Source: Steroidobacteraceae bacterium (GTDB lineage Bacteria; Pseudomonadota; Gammaproteobacteria; Steroidobacterales; Steroidobacteraceae). From it: a DNA stretch of 64,000 nucleotides. The notes under the pieces are model-generated. The model was not told the DNA's origin, made no database searches, and worked only from the letters and a program-made list of their open reading frames with translations. Below are positions 1-9,556 of the stretch, piece by piece (positions within the stretch are counted from its first letter, which is position 1; the number at the start of each line of letters is the position of its first letter). Location of the stretch: NCBI GenBank assembly GCA_050012315.1, contig JBEKHK010000008.1, positions 18,968 to 82,967 on the forward strand, in the 5' to 3' direction. The translations under genes and the position numbers were made by a program.

Positions 1-187
1 CCTGCCAACCTTGCTGCCCCAAGGCGGCGGCGGCGCGCCCGTCGAGCTGCCACGACGCCGCATGCTCCAGCTGGGTGATCCGCTGAATCCAGGCGACGGG
101 CACACCGGCCGGCTGCGGCTCGCGTCGCGGCGTCGCGCATCCGGCAAGCGCGACCAAGCACACGAGCATTCCGAGTAGTCGCCGCAT
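1..187 (-). CDS. lolB: Outer-membrane lipoprotein LolB, N-terminal part only (gene runs off the window start)
   Basis: Reverse-strand ATG at 187 gives MRRLLGMLVCLVALAGCATPRREPQPAGVPVAWIQRITQLEHAASWQLDGRAAAAL. This is a signal peptide plus lipobox (LAGC) followed by a W...L...W..DGR pattern like LolB N-termini. Position beside a TPR gene and divergent hemA fits the usual lolB neighbourhood. Only about 62 codons are visible. Confidence 0.55.
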   Translation of the reverse strand, partial: MRRLLGMLVCLVALAGCATPRREPQPAGVPVAWIQRITQLEHAASWQLDGRAAAALGQQGWQ

Positions 188-190
188 GGG

Positions 191-1957
191 CTACTTCGCC
201 GAGGCGTGCAGTCGCTGCCGCGTGGCGTTCAGCAATTTATTGTCCGTGTCGTCCTTGCCCGCCTCGGTCCACACCTTCTCCGCCTCGTCGTGCCGTCCGA
301 GCTGCCACAGCACCTCGCCCAGATGCGCCGCGATATCCGCGCCGCGATCATCCGCGTAGGCGGAATCGAGATACCCCAGCGCCTCGTCCGGATGGCCCTG
401 CCGATAGAGCACCCACCCCAGGCTGTCGAGAATCGCCGCGTTGTGCGGAGCCTCGGCGTACGCACGCTCGATCAGCGAGCGGGCGCGAGGCAAATTCTCG
501 TTGTGGTCCGCAAGCGTATACCCGTAGGCATTCATCGCCGCCGGATCGTCGGGACGGGCTTTGAGCACGTTTTTGAGCTCGCGAAGCGCTTGCTTTACCC
601 GCCCTTGGTCCTCGTAGGTCGAGGCGACTGCATAGCGGATATCCACGCTATCGGGATATTCCTTCATTCCCTGAGCCAACACCTCGATGGCGCGGTTCGC
701 GTCGCCGGCGTCGGAGTAGATTTTGGCGCGCGCCGCGAACACCTCGGGCGCCCGCTCCGGCTCGTCCTCGATCAGGTGATCGAGCAGCTCCTGCGCCGCA
801 GGCGCCTCGCCGTGCGACTCCAAAAGATTGCTGGCGCGCAAAAGCGCCGCCACCGCGTTATCCCCGCTCTGCACCTGGCCATAGAAGCGCAGCGCGCGAG
901 GCACGTCTCCCAGCCGCTCGGCGATCAGACCGAGGTAGTAAAAGGAATCGTCGATGAACTTGCCCGTGGTCAGAAGCTCGCTGAAGTGCTGCGTGGCCTT
1001 GTCGAGCCGGCCCTCCTGAAAATCCACGAGTCCCAGGAGCCGCAGCGCCACCGCGGCCGTGTCCGGCTGGACCGAGAGCGTCTCGAGTTCCACGACCGCC
1101 GCGCCGTTCTGCTGAGCAGCCAGCAGCAGCAATGCGTGGTCGAGGATATTCGGCGGGCTTGGATCGGCTTCGACCAGCGCCAAGGATTCCGCGAGCGGCA
1201 CCTGTCTGTCGCCCGACAGGATGCGCGCCCGCCAGTAGGCCATGAGCAACTCGCGCCGCGCGTCGGCCGCCGTTTCGAGTTGCGCCGCGTCGCCCTTCGC
1301 CCCGCCGGGATCCTTCGCCCCGCCGGGATCCTTCGCCTCGCCGGCGGCGCCGGGGTCCGCCGCGCCTGCCGCGGGCGCTGCAGCCTCCATCTCGAGCGCG
1401 GCCGCGAAACTCCTCACCGCCGCCTTGGGATCGTCCGCACGCATCGCCGCGAATCCCTGGAGCCTGCGTGCCGCCTGCGAGTTCGGAAACGCCGCGGCGA
1501 GCCGATCCGCCACCTGCCGCGCGCCGAAGAGGTTGTCGGTCTGGACAAACTCGACTTCCAGGTCCGCGAACTCCGCATCGACACCGCGGGGCGAGGCCGT
1601 GAGCACGATGCGATACTGCTCCGCCGCCTCGGCGATCTCATCGAGCGCGAGCGCCGCCCGCGCCGCCGAGCGATGGGCCTCGAGCGACCCCGGGTCCACC
1701 GCGATCCAGCGGGCCGCGACCGCCGCGGTCAGCGACGGCTGCAGCGATTGCGTGGTCACTTCGCTCGCGCGCGCCAGCAGCGACACGTCGGAACCCGCCG
1801 TCGCTGCGGCCGCATACTGAAGGGCGGCCACGCGCGGCTCCTTCCGATTCAGCGCGATCTCGCCCGTGACGGTGTAAAACACCTGCGGAGCTGCGATAGG
1901 ATCGGATGCCGGCCGGGCTCCGGCGCAGCCGCCGCAGACGATGACGCACAGCGACAT
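191..1957 (-). CDS. TPR-repeat lipoprotein
   Basis: ORF 191..2203. Start moved to internal ATG at 1957 (MSLCVIVCGGCAG, lipoprotein signal/lipobox). The body consists of repeated TPR-like helices (e.g. ALGYLDSAYADDRGADIAAHLGEVLWQLGRHDEAEKVW) with an Ala-rich low-complexity linker. Confidence 0.75.
   Translation of the reverse strand: MSLCVIVCGGCAGARPASDPIAAPQVFYTVTGEIALNRKEPRVAALQYAAAATAGSDVSLLARASEVTTQSLQPSLTAAVAARWIAVDPGSLEAHRSAARAALALDEIAEAAEQYRIVLTASPRGVDAEFADLEVEFVQTDNLFGARQVADRLAAAFPNSQAARRLQGFAAMRADDPKAAVRSFAAALEMEAAAPAAGAADPGAAGEAKDPGGAKDPGGAKGDAAQLETAADARRELLMAYWRARILSGDRQVPLAESLALVEADPSPPNILDHALLLLAAQQNGAAVVELETLSVQPDTAAVALRLLGLVDFQEGRLDKATQHFSELLTTGKFIDDSFYYLGLIAERLGDVPRALRFYGQVQSGDNAVAALLRASNLLESHGEAPAAQELLDHLIEDEPERAPEVFAARAKIYSDAGDANRAIEVLAQGMKEYPDSVDIRYAVASTYEDQGRVKQALRELKNVLKARPDDPAAMNAYGYTLADHNENLPRARSLIERAYAEAPHNAAILDSLGWVLYRQGHPDEALGYLDSAYADDRGADIAAHLGEVLWQLGRHDEAEKVWTEAGKDDTDNKLLNATRQRLHASAK
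1293..1346. repeat. About 3 copies of an 18-bp in-frame tandem repeat (ccttcgccccgccgggat) inside the TPR gene
   Basis: Direct reading: 1293-1310 and 1311-1328 are near identical, and 1329-1346 is a degenerate third copy. It encodes AKDPGG-AKDPGG-AKG on the minus strand. Confidence 0.7.
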
Positions 1958-2092
1958 GAGGGCCGCAGAAAGGTATGGAATGGAGAACACGTCGTCACTA
2001 TAGCCAAATGAGGGGGCGAGTGCCGCGGATTCCCGCTTGCCCTGACGCAGTTTCTTCACCAGAATCCGACAGTTACAAACCAAAGCGTTTTC

Positions 2093-3349
2093 ATGGCATT
2101 CAACATTCTCGGACTGAACCATAAGACGGCGCCGGTGTCCCTGCGCGAAAAAGTGGCGTTCAGCGAGGACCGATTGGCCGCGGCGCTGCGCACCTTGAAG
2201 CAAGAGAGCGGCGTCGCCGAGGTGGTGATTCTATCGACCTGCAACCGGACCGAGCTCTACTGGTCCGGCAACGCCACCCCCCAGGATCTTTCCCAATGGC
2301 TCGAGCGCCATCATGGCAATAACCTGAACCTGAGCGCGAGCCTGTACGTGCACCAGGAACGCCTCGCGGTCGAGCATGCCTTCAGCGTCGCCTCGGGACT
2401 GGACTCGATGGTGCTCGGCGAAGCGCAAATATTGGGTCAATTGAAGGACGCCTATCGGATCGCGCAGGAGACCGGCAGCACCGGGCCCTGGCTCAACAAA
2501 CTCTTTCAGGCCGCCTTCTCCGCCGCCAAGCGCGTGCGTTCCGAGACCCAAATCGGCGCCAACTCCGTCTCGCTCGCCTCGGCCTCCGTGAGCCTCGCGA
2601 AGCGCATCTTCGCCGACCTCAGCGCTCACTCCGCCCTGATGATCGGCGCCGGCGAAATGATCGCGCTCACCGCGCGCCACTTCGCGAGCGCCGGCGTCAA
2701 GCGCACGGTGATCGCCAACCGCACCCTGGCACGCGCCCAAACCATCGCGGCCGACGTCAAAGGCTATGCCGTGGACCTGAGCGCGCTCGACAAGGAGCTT
2801 GCCGAGGCCGACATCGTGGTGAGCTGCACGGCGAGCATGACTCCCCTCGTCACGGAGGCCGCGGCCGCGGCCGCGGTACGCTCCCGCCGCCACCGTCCCA
2901 TCCTCATGGTGGACCTCGCCGTACCGCGCGACATCGACCCGGCCGTCGCCGGCCTCGACGACGTCTATCTATTCTCCATCGACGATTTGCAGCAACTGAT
3001 CGACGAAAACCGCCAGCGGCGCGCGGTGGCGGCGGGCGACGCACGGACCCTCCTCGATGAGGAGGTCGCGCGCTTTCTCGCCGATTCGCGCGCGCACGAC
3101 GCCGGCCCCGCGATCCGCGCGCTGCGCGCGAGTGCGGATGCCATTCGACAGCAAACCGTGGACCAGGCGAAGCGCATGCTCGCATCGGGGAGATCCTCCG
3201 ACGAGGTCATCGATTTTCTCGCCGGAACGCTCACCAATCGGCTGCTGCACGCGCCGACCCAGGCGCTGCGCCAAGCCTCCGAGGCCGACGATCCCGAGCT
3301 CGCGCAGGCCCTGATGCGGCTGCTCGTGGAAGAACGCGGCCGGCGTTGA
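2093..3349 (+). CDS. hemA: Glutamyl-tRNA reductase
   Basis: 418 aa. N-terminus MAFNILGLNHKTAPVSLREKVAF, the active-site region ILSTCNRTELY and the NAD-binding stretch MIGAGEM are typical HemA. Followed by prfA-prmC as in many Proteobacteria. Confidence 0.95.
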   Translation: MAFNILGLNHKTAPVSLREKVAFSEDRLAAALRTLKQESGVAEVVILSTCNRTELYWSGNATPQDLSQWLERHHGNNLNLSASLYVHQERLAVEHAFSVASGLDSMVLGEAQILGQLKDAYRIAQETGSTGPWLNKLFQAAFSAAKRVRSETQIGANSVSLASASVSLAKRIFADLSAHSALMIGAGEMIALTARHFASAGVKRTVIANRTLARAQTIAADVKGYAVDLSALDKELAEADIVVSCTASMTPLVTEAAAAAAVRSRRHRPILMVDLAVPRDIDPAVAGLDDVYLFSIDDLQQLIDENRQRRAVAAGDARTLLDEEVARFLADSRAHDAGPAIRALRASADAIRQQTVDQAKRMLASGRSSDEVIDFLAGTLTNRLLHAPTQALRQASEADDPELAQALMRLLVEERGRR

Positions 3350-3375
3350 CCCGAAGGCCGCTATAATTGGCGGCC

Positions 3376-4428
3376 ATGAAAGATTCCATTCGGCGCAAGC
3401 TCGAAAAGCTCGATGAACGCTTCGAGGAGATCGGCCGACTCTTGTCCGAGCCCGAGATCATTGCGCGCCAGAACCAATTTCGCGACCTGTCGATGGAGTA
3501 CGCGCGGCTCGGGCCGCTCGTCGACCGCTATCGCGGCTTCGTCGCGCTCGAGGGCGACGCCGAGACGGCGCGCGAGCTCGCCATGGACGAGGAGCTGAAG
3601 GAACTGACTCCGAGGCTCGATGCGGAGGAGCTCGAGCTGCAACGCCTGCTCGTCCCGAAAGACCCCTTGGACGACAGCAATATTTTCCTCGAAGTCCGCG
3701 CCGGTACCGGCGGCGATGAAGCGGCGCTGTTCGCCGGCGATCTGTTTCGGATGTATGCGCGCTTTGCGGAGTCCAAGCGCTGGGAGGTGGAGATCCTGAG
3801 CGAGAGTCCCGGCGAGCATGGCGGGTACAAGGAGATCATCAGCCGCATCATCGGCAAGGGCGCGTATTCGCAGCTGAAGTTCGAGTCGGGCACCCATCGC
3901 GTGCAGCGCGTGCCCGCCACCGAAGCTCAGGGGCGCATCCACACCTCCGCCGTCACCGTCGCGATCCTGCCGGAGCTCGAGGAGGTCGAATCCATCGAAC
4001 TGAATCCGGCGGATCTGCGCATCGACACGTACCGCTCCTCCGGGGCCGGTGGCCAGCACGTAAACAAAACGGACTCCGCGATCCGAGTCACTCACTTGCC
4101 CACCGGGATCGTGGTCGAATGCCAGGACGAGCGCTCGCAGCACAAGAATCGATCGCGCGCGCTGTCGCTGTTGAAATCCCGGCTCCTCGCCAATGAGCGC
4201 GAGAAACAGGCCACGCAACAGGCGCAGACCCGCAAGCTTCAGGTCGGCTCCGGCGACCGGTCGGAACGCATACGCACCTACAACTTTCCCCAGGGACGCG
4301 TCACCGACCACCGCATCAATCTGACCCTGTACAAGCTGGACGACGTAATGAACGGCAACATCGCGGAGCTGGTCGGCGCCCTGAATCAGGAGCACCAGGC
4401 CGAAGAGCTCGCCAATCAGGTCGAGTGA
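3376..4428 (+). CDS. prfA: Peptide chain release factor 1
   Basis: Contains the PAT tripeptide region (RVPATE) and the GGQ motif ([16 protein letters not shown]). The ORF opens at TTG 3367 and the first ATG at 3376 ([10 protein letters not shown]) was chosen. Confidence 0.95.
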   Translation: MKDSIRRKLEKLDERFEEIGRLLSEPEIIARQNQFRDLSMEYARLGPLVDRYRGFVALEGDAETARELAMDEELKELTPRLDAEELELQRLLVPKDPLDDSNIFLEVRAGTGGDEAALFAGDLFRMYARFAESKRWEVEILSESPGEHGGYKEIISRIIGKGAYSQLKFESGTHRVQRVPATEAQGRIHTSAVTVAILPELEEVESIELNPADLRIDTYRSSGAGGQHVNKTDSAIRVTHLPTGIVVECQDERSQHKNRSRALSLLKSRLLANEREKQATQQAQTRKLQVGSGDRSERIRTYNFPQGRVTDHRINLTLYKLDDVMNGNIAELVGALNQEHQAEELANQVE

Positions 4429-5333
4429 TGGCCGTGAGCATCGCCGCCGACAGACCGAACTCCATCGCCGACTCATTGCGATCGGCCGCGAAAGATCTGC
4501 AGGAGCACAGCAGCTCGCCGCGGCTCGACGCCGAAGTATTGTTGGGGACCCTCCTGGGCGCGCCACGCGCCGCGCTCTTGCTGCGAGGCGAGGAGGCGCT
4601 TCGTGCCGACACCGAGCGCGCCTTCCGCGAATTGATCGCCCGCCGGGCGAGCGGCGTGCCCGTCGCTTACCTCACAGGCGTCCGCGAGTTCTGGTCGCTG
4701 CCGCTCAAAGTGACCCCGGACGTGCTCGTCCCGCGCCCGGAAACCGAGCTCATCGTGGAGCAGGCGCTCGAGTTGCTGGCGGCAGCAGACGGCATCCCCG
4801 CCGTGCTCGACTTGGGCACCGGAAGCGGGGCCATCGCGCTTGCCGTCGCCCGCGAGCGTCCCCGCGCACGCATCGTCGCCGTCGACGTCTCGGAAGCGGC
4901 GATTCGAGTCGCCCGCGACAACGGCGGCGCCCTCGGGCTGCATCGCATCGATTGGCGGGTGGGGTCGTGGTTCGCCGCCGTTCCCGACGAGCGTTTCGAT
5001 CTCATCCTCTCGAACCCGCCCTACATCGCCGCCGCCGATCCCGCCCTTGCCGCCCTCCGAGCGGAGCCCGCCATGGCCCTGATCGGCGGCCCGACCGGGC
5101 TCGAGCAGCTCACGTCCATCATTGCCGCCGCGGCCTCGCACCTGGTACCCGGCGGTTGGCTCCTGACCGAGCACGGCGCCGATCAGGCGCGCGCGGTGGC
5201 CGCTCTCTACGAGCGCCACCATTTCCAGGACATTCATTCGCACGAGGATTATTCAGGCCGGCCCCGCCTTGCGCGGGGTCGATATCGCGGGCCGCCTGGG
5301 AGCCCGCTTTCACTCAATCAGGAACCATCATGA
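4428..5333 (+). CDS. prmC: Release-factor glutamine N5-methyltransferase
   Basis: SAM-binding motif LDLGTGSGAIAL and catalytic NPPY (LSNPPYI). The start ATG overlaps the prfA stop (TGATG at 4426-4430). Confidence 0.9.
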   Translation: MAVSIAADRPNSIADSLRSAAKDLQEHSSSPRLDAEVLLGTLLGAPRAALLLRGEEALRADTERAFRELIARRASGVPVAYLTGVREFWSLPLKVTPDVLVPRPETELIVEQALELLAAADGIPAVLDLGTGSGAIALAVARERPRARIVAVDVSEAAIRVARDNGGALGLHRIDWRVGSWFAAVPDERFDLILSNPPYIAAADPALAALRAEPAMALIGGPTGLEQLTSIIAAAASHLVPGGWLLTEHGADQARAVAALYERHHFQDIHSHEDYSGRPRLARGRYRGPPGSPLSLNQEPS

Positions 5334-5821
5334 TCCGCTTCGAAACGACTTTGGGCAATTTCACCGTCGAGCTCTACGAGGGCAAGGCGCCCGTGAGCGT
5401 CGAAAACTTCTTGAAGTACGTCGATGAGGGCTTCTTCGACGGCACCGTCTTTCATCGCATCGTTCCCGGATTCGTCATCCAGGGTGGCGGCTTCACCGAA
5501 GACATGGCGCAGAAAAAGAACCATCCTCCCATCAAGAACGAGGCGGACAACGGCGTGAAGAACACCCGCGGCACGCTCTCGATGGCCCGCACCAACGACA
5601 TCAACAGCGCGACATCGCAATTTTTCGTCAACTTGAAGGACAACGACTTCCTCGATCACACTCGGGGTAATTTCGGCTACGCGGTGTTCGGCAAAGTTAC
5701 CGAAGGGATGGATGTGATCGACAAGATCGCAGCGGTCAAGACCGGCAGGCGCCGGGGCTTCGAGGACGTGCCGCTCGACCCTGTGATCATGACGACTGTC
5801 CGCCGGGCCGAAAAAAAATAG
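5330..5821 (+). CDS. ppiB: Peptidyl-prolyl cis-trans isomerase, cyclophilin type, no signal peptide
   Basis: MIRFETTLGNFTVELYEGKAPVSVENFLKYV...FHRIVPGFVIQGGGF...GTLSMAR...SQFFVNL are the canonical cyclophilin motifs. The ATGA overlaps the prmC stop (5330-5333). Confidence 0.9.
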   Translation: MIRFETTLGNFTVELYEGKAPVSVENFLKYVDEGFFDGTVFHRIVPGFVIQGGGFTEDMAQKKNHPPIKNEADNGVKNTRGTLSMARTNDINSATSQFFVNLKDNDFLDHTRGNFGYAVFGKVTEGMDVIDKIAAVKTGRRRGFEDVPLDPVIMTTVRRAEKK

Positions 5822-5830
5822 AGCCGTCCG

Positions 5831-6553
5831 ATGCGGCGCTTCGTCCGCAGCGTGCTGTGGATCTTGCTGGCGTGCGTGGCCCTCTCCGTCGTGTCGGTGC
5901 TGATGTTTCGGTGGGTAAACCCGCCTTACAGCGCCTTCATGGCGGAGAGCCAGATCTCGGCCTGGGCGAACCGCGACCGGGATTACGTGTATCGCCGTAC
6001 CTGGGCGGATCTCGCGCGCATTTCTCCGAACCTGCCGCTTGCCGTAGTCGCCTCGGAGGACCAAAAGTTCCCCGAGCACTGGGGCTTCGATGTCGAGGCC
6101 ATCGAAAAAGCCTATGAGATGAACCAGCATAGCCATCGCGTGCGCGGCGCGAGCACCATCAGCCAGCAGGTGGCCAAAAACCTGTACCTCTGGTCCGGCC
6201 GCAGCTACTTCCGCAAGGGCCTGGAAGCCTACTTTACCGTGCTCATCGAGGTTTTTTGGCCCAAGCGCCGTATCCTCGAGATCTATCTCAACATCGCCGA
6301 GTTCGGATACGGCACTTACGGGGCCGAGGCGGCCGCCCAGCGCTTTTTCCATAAGCCCGCCTCTCGCCTGTCGCGCAGCGATGCCGCTGTCCTTGCCGCC
6401 GTGCTGCCGAACCCCGAGCACTGGTCCGCCGCCGCCCCCTCGCGATATGTCCAACAGCGGCGCGACTGGATACTGAATCAGATGCAGGCATTGGGCGGCC
6501 CGGAAATGCTCGGTGAAATCGACGCATACCCCGAGCGCCATCACGCGCTATGA
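5831..6553 (+). CDS. mtgA: Monofunctional biosynthetic peptidoglycan transglycosylase
   Basis: 240 aa with an N-terminal TM helix and GT51 motifs [26 protein letters not shown] and [15 protein letters not shown]. Confidence 0.9.
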   Translation: MRRFVRSVLWILLACVALSVVSVLMFRWVNPPYSAFMAESQISAWANRDRDYVYRRTWADLARISPNLPLAVVASEDQKFPEHWGFDVEAIEKAYEMNQHSHRVRGASTISQQVAKNLYLWSGRSYFRKGLEAYFTVLIEVFWPKRRILEIYLNIAEFGYGTYGAEAAAQRFFHKPASRLSRSDAAVLAAVLPNPEHWSAAAPSRYVQQRRDWILNQMQALGGPEMLGEIDAYPERHHAL

Positions 6554-6596
6554 TTGGAGCGGAATCGGTCGCCGCGAAACGTCGCAAGGAGCACTC

Positions 6597-7136
6597 GTGT
6601 CAACGCCGTCGAACAACCAGTATGCCCCGCCGCGAAGCGAAGTGGCCGATATGGCGCCTCTCGATCATTCCGGCTCCGTCAAGGCCACCCGCAGCTCACG
6701 TCTCGGCGCAGCCATCATCGACGGCCTCATCTTTTCAGTGCCCCTGGCACCGGCATACATCAGCGCCGCCGGCATCGCCACGCGCTCGGGGCACATCACG
6801 GTGCTTGGCTTCTGGATGGCCGTGCTCGCGACGGGTATGTTGTTCTACGTTGGGCTGCTGATCGACCTCCTGCTCTGGGTCGTCGTGGCCGTCATGGTGC
6901 ACCGGAACGCCCAATCGATCGGCAAGAAGCTCTGCGGCATCAAGGTGGCCCGCACGGACGGCTCGCGCGCGACCCTCGGCCGCATCTTCTGGCTCCGCAA
7001 TGTCGCGAACTACGTCATCCGGTTCGTCCCCGCGATCGGTCCGCTCTATGGCCTCGTCGACATCCTCATGATATTCGGCGAGCAGCGGCGGTGCTGCCAC
7101 GACTACATCGCCGACACCATCGTCGTCCAGGCTTGA
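6597..7136 (+). CDS. RDD-family membrane protein
   Basis: Has the RLGAAIIDGLIF (R..D) and HDYIADT signatures flanking hydrophobic helices. The ORF opens at 6513 but that would overlap mtgA, so GTG 6597 was chosen. The start is uncertain. Confidence 0.65.
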   Translation: MSTPSNNQYAPPRSEVADMAPLDHSGSVKATRSSRLGAAIIDGLIFSVPLAPAYISAAGIATRSGHITVLGFWMAVLATGMLFYVGLLIDLLLWVVVAVMVHRNAQSIGKKLCGIKVARTDGSRATLGRIFWLRNVANYVIRFVPAIGPLYGLVDILMIFGEQRRCCHDYIADTIVVQA

Positions 7137-7888
7137 ATTCCGCGATCGACACGGTCCTCACGGCGGAGACGCCCGAAGGCATCTCGATCTCGATACGACC
7201 CGCGGGATTCGCGGTCCGCGCGATGGCGTTTCTCATCGACGCCCTGATTCGCGTTGTCATTCTGTTCGGTTGCGCATCGCTGTTCTCGATGGGGCGCCGG
7301 GTCGGCATGGGACTCTTTCTGGTCTCGGCGTTCGTGCTCAATTGGCTTTATCCCGTCCTGTTCGAGATGTCGGCGGCGGCGGCCACTCCGGGCAAGCGCG
7401 TCATGGGGCTCTACGTGCTCATGGCGAACGGGCTGCCCATCACGCCGGCCGGTTGCCTGATCCGCAATCTCCTCCGTGTGGTCGACATGCTGCCCCTGCT
7501 CTATGGGTTCGCCATCGTGTCCATTCTCCTCCGGCGCGACTCGCGCAGACTCGGCGACCTCGCCGCCGGCACGGTCGTCGCCTACCGCCATGAGGTCGAG
7601 CTCGCCGGCAAGCTTGGCGAGGGCGTCCCCATGCCTCCGCCCATCCCGTTGTCCATGAGCCAGCAGCTCGCGCTGACCGCCTTCGCCTGGCGCGTCGATC
7701 GCCTGACCCCGGCGCGCGCCGAGGAAATAGCATCCTACGCGGCGGCCCTCGCTCCGCCCCGACCTGCGCCCGCGGAGTCTCCGGCCTTGACCGGCCGCCT
7801 GATCGGCATTGCCCGCTGGCTGCACGGCGATCGGCCCGCGGCGCCGGGCAGTGCGCAGCCCATCGAACCTGACGCGCTCCCGCAATGA
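7133..7888 (+). CDS. RDD-family membrane protein with a Pro/Ala-rich C-terminal tail
   Basis: Second half of ORF 6554..7888. The RAMAFLIDALIRV ... RLGDLAAGTVV pattern has three hydrophobic helices between. The candidate TTG start at 7133 overlaps the preceding stop (TTGA). The start is uncertain. Confidence 0.65.
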   Translation: MNSAIDTVLTAETPEGISISIRPAGFAVRAMAFLIDALIRVVILFGCASLFSMGRRVGMGLFLVSAFVLNWLYPVLFEMSAAAATPGKRVMGLYVLMANGLPITPAGCLIRNLLRVVDMLPLLYGFAIVSILLRRDSRRLGDLAAGTVVAYRHEVELAGKLGEGVPMPPPIPLSMSQQLALTAFAWRVDRLTPARAEEIASYAAALAPPRPAPAESPALTGRLIGIARWLHGDRPAAPGSAQPIEPDALPQ

Positions 7889-8835
7889 CGGCGCTCGATT
7901 TCGAAACCTCGAACGAGGCGCAATGGAGCGAGCTCGAACAGGCCGTGAGCCGTGAGGACAAGACATTGGATCCGGAGCGGTTCCTATTCTTGTATCGAGC
8001 CGCTTGCGAGCATTTGGCATTGGCCGAGGCACGCGGCTTTCCTGCGCCGCTCGTCTCGAGGCTGTCCGCCATGACGGCGCGCGCGCACCAGATCGTCTAC
8101 CGCCAGACCGACTTGGGTCTGGGCCGCATCGCCCGCACTCTGATGCGCACCTTTCCCGCCATGGTGCGCGCCCACGGCTGGTACGTCCTCGTTGCGGCGC
8201 TGCTCGTGACCGCTCCGGCGGTGGTGCTCGGATACGTCGTGGCTCATCGGCCCGACCTCATCCTGTCCCTGGTGGACAGCGCCACCGTCGACACATTCGG
8301 GCGCATGTACGACCCGGCGAACCCCGAGATCGGCCGGCTGCGTGATGCGGGAACCAACTGGATGATGTTCGGGTTCTACATCGCCAACAACATCGGCATC
8401 GCCTTTCAGTGCTACGTCTCCGGCATCCTCTTCGGGCTCGGCAGCGTTTATTATCTCGCCTACAACGGCGCATTCGGAGGAGCGGTCGCGGGCTACGTCG
8501 CCTCGATCGGTTTTGCGGGGACGTTCTTTCCGTTCATCGCGACACATTCCGCATTCGAGGTCACCGCGGTGGTGCTCAGCGGTGCTGCCGGTCTTCGCAT
8601 CGGACGCTCGGTGCTCCTGCCGGGGCGCCTTCCTCGCTTGGCGTCCCTGCAGATCGCGGCACGCGAGACGAGCGTCATCGTTTTCGGCTCTGCGGTCATG
8701 CTGGTCATTGCCGCCGCCATCGAGGCATTCTGGTCATCCGCGGCCTGGGTCAGCCCGGTCGCCAAGTTCGCGGGTGCCGGAGGCTCATGGATGTTGGTCG
8801 CGATCTTTTTCTTGAGACGTCCGCATGCGGATTGA
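7885..8835 (+). CDS. SpoIIM-like (stage II sporulation protein M family) polytopic membrane protein
   Basis: 316 aa. A cytoplasmic helical N-domain of about 90 aa (RFLFLYRAACEHLALAEARG...RAHQIVY) is followed by about 6 TM helices, the architecture I associate with SpoIIM/DUF95-family proteins. The ATGA overlaps the upstream stop. Confidence 0.7.
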   Translation: MTALDFETSNEAQWSELEQAVSREDKTLDPERFLFLYRAACEHLALAEARGFPAPLVSRLSAMTARAHQIVYRQTDLGLGRIARTLMRTFPAMVRAHGWYVLVAALLVTAPAVVLGYVVAHRPDLILSLVDSATVDTFGRMYDPANPEIGRLRDAGTNWMMFGFYIANNIGIAFQCYVSGILFGLGSVYYLAYNGAFGGAVAGYVASIGFAGTFFPFIATHSAFEVTAVVLSGAAGLRIGRSVLLPGRLPRLASLQIAARETSVIVFGSAVMLVIAAAIEAFWSSAAWVSPVAKFAGAGGSWMLVAIFFLRRPHAD

Positions 8836-9556
8836 GGCCATCTCGCTGAGCCTGCGCCCTCGATCTCGCTGGGAGGGATGCGACCTCGGCGTGCGGCTGC
8901 TGCAATCGTGGCTTCGCTCGGTGTACGTCGTCCATCTGGCCGTCGCGCTGCCCCTCTTCGCGCTGTTTCTGTTGACCGACCCCATCGCCGGCTGGCTGCC
9001 GACGCTCCTGATCTGGCTCTCGAAGCCGTGGCTCGATCGGACCGCGCTGTTCGCGCTGTCGCGCGCCCTGTTCGGCCAACGGACCACGATCAAGGACGTG
9101 TGGGATCATCGCCGCGAGGTATGGTTGTCGGGGATGACGACGACGCTGACATTGCAACGCTTGAGCGTCTTGCGCTCATTCAAGCAGCCCATCTTGCAGC
9201 TCGAGGAACTGTCGGGCGCCGCCCTGAGCGACCGCATCCGGCGGTTGACGGCCCGCCATCGCGGCGTCGCCCGCGCCATGACCGTGGCGTTCGCCAATGC
9301 CGAGCTCGCTCTGGTCCTGAGTATTCTATCCCTGCAAATATGGCTCTCACCCCATACCTCGGAGATCCCGGCGAACTGGCTCGACGCCTCGTCCGGAATG
9401 ATACAAAGCCTCATTACTTCGATCGCCTACGTCCTGACCGTGGCCTTTCTCGAGCCCTTCTACGTCGCCGCCGGATTCGGCATGTACATCAACCGCCGCG
9501 TGGAACTCGAGGCGTGGGACATCGAGCAGGAATTCCGCCGTGCGTTTTCCGGCTGA
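8825..9556 (+). CDS. Membrane protein of unknown function
   Basis: 243 aa with 4 or more hydrophobic segments and no motif I can name. It overlaps the upstream gene by 11 nt and the downstream gene by 17 nt, so it is very likely translated as part of the operon. Confidence 0.55.
   Translation: MRIEAISLSLRPRSRWEGCDLGVRLLQSWLRSVYVVHLAVALPLFALFLLTDPIAGWLPTLLIWLSKPWLDRTALFALSRALFGQRTTIKDVWDHRREVWLSGMTTTLTLQRLSVLRSFKQPILQLEELSGAALSDRIRRLTARHRGVARAMTVAFANAELALVLSILSLQIWLSPHTSEIPANWLDASSGMIQSLITSIAYVLTVAFLEPFYVAAGFGMYINRRVELEAWDIEQEFRRAFSG

Noticed and set aside
206-2011. 601-aa ORF on the plus strand antisense to the TPR lipoprotein gene
   Set aside because: It is Arg/Gly/Pro/Ala-rich with no recognisable motif and is fully overlapped by a gene with clear TPR repeats and a lipobox. 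This is a typical open antisense frame in high-GC DNA.
3362-3367. Perfect TATAAT hexamer 9 nt upstream of the prfA ATG
   Set aside because: It is too close to the start codon for a normal leader, and no matching -35 was seen. hemA-prfA are commonly co-transcribed, so this is probably coincidental.
4425-4430. Programmed frameshift site of the kind found in release-factor genes
   Set aside because: The autoregulatory +1 frameshift belongs to prfB (RF2). This gene is prfA (RF1) and reads through in a single frame.
3361-4566. 401-aa ORF antisense to prfA
   Set aside because: prfA on the plus strand is unmistakable (GGQ motif). The antisense translation is low-complexity and Arg/Leu-rich.
5318-6544. 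408-aa ORF antisense to ppiB and mtgA
   Set aside because: It spans two well-supported plus-strand genes and the gap between them. No motifs were seen, so it is a high-GC artefact.
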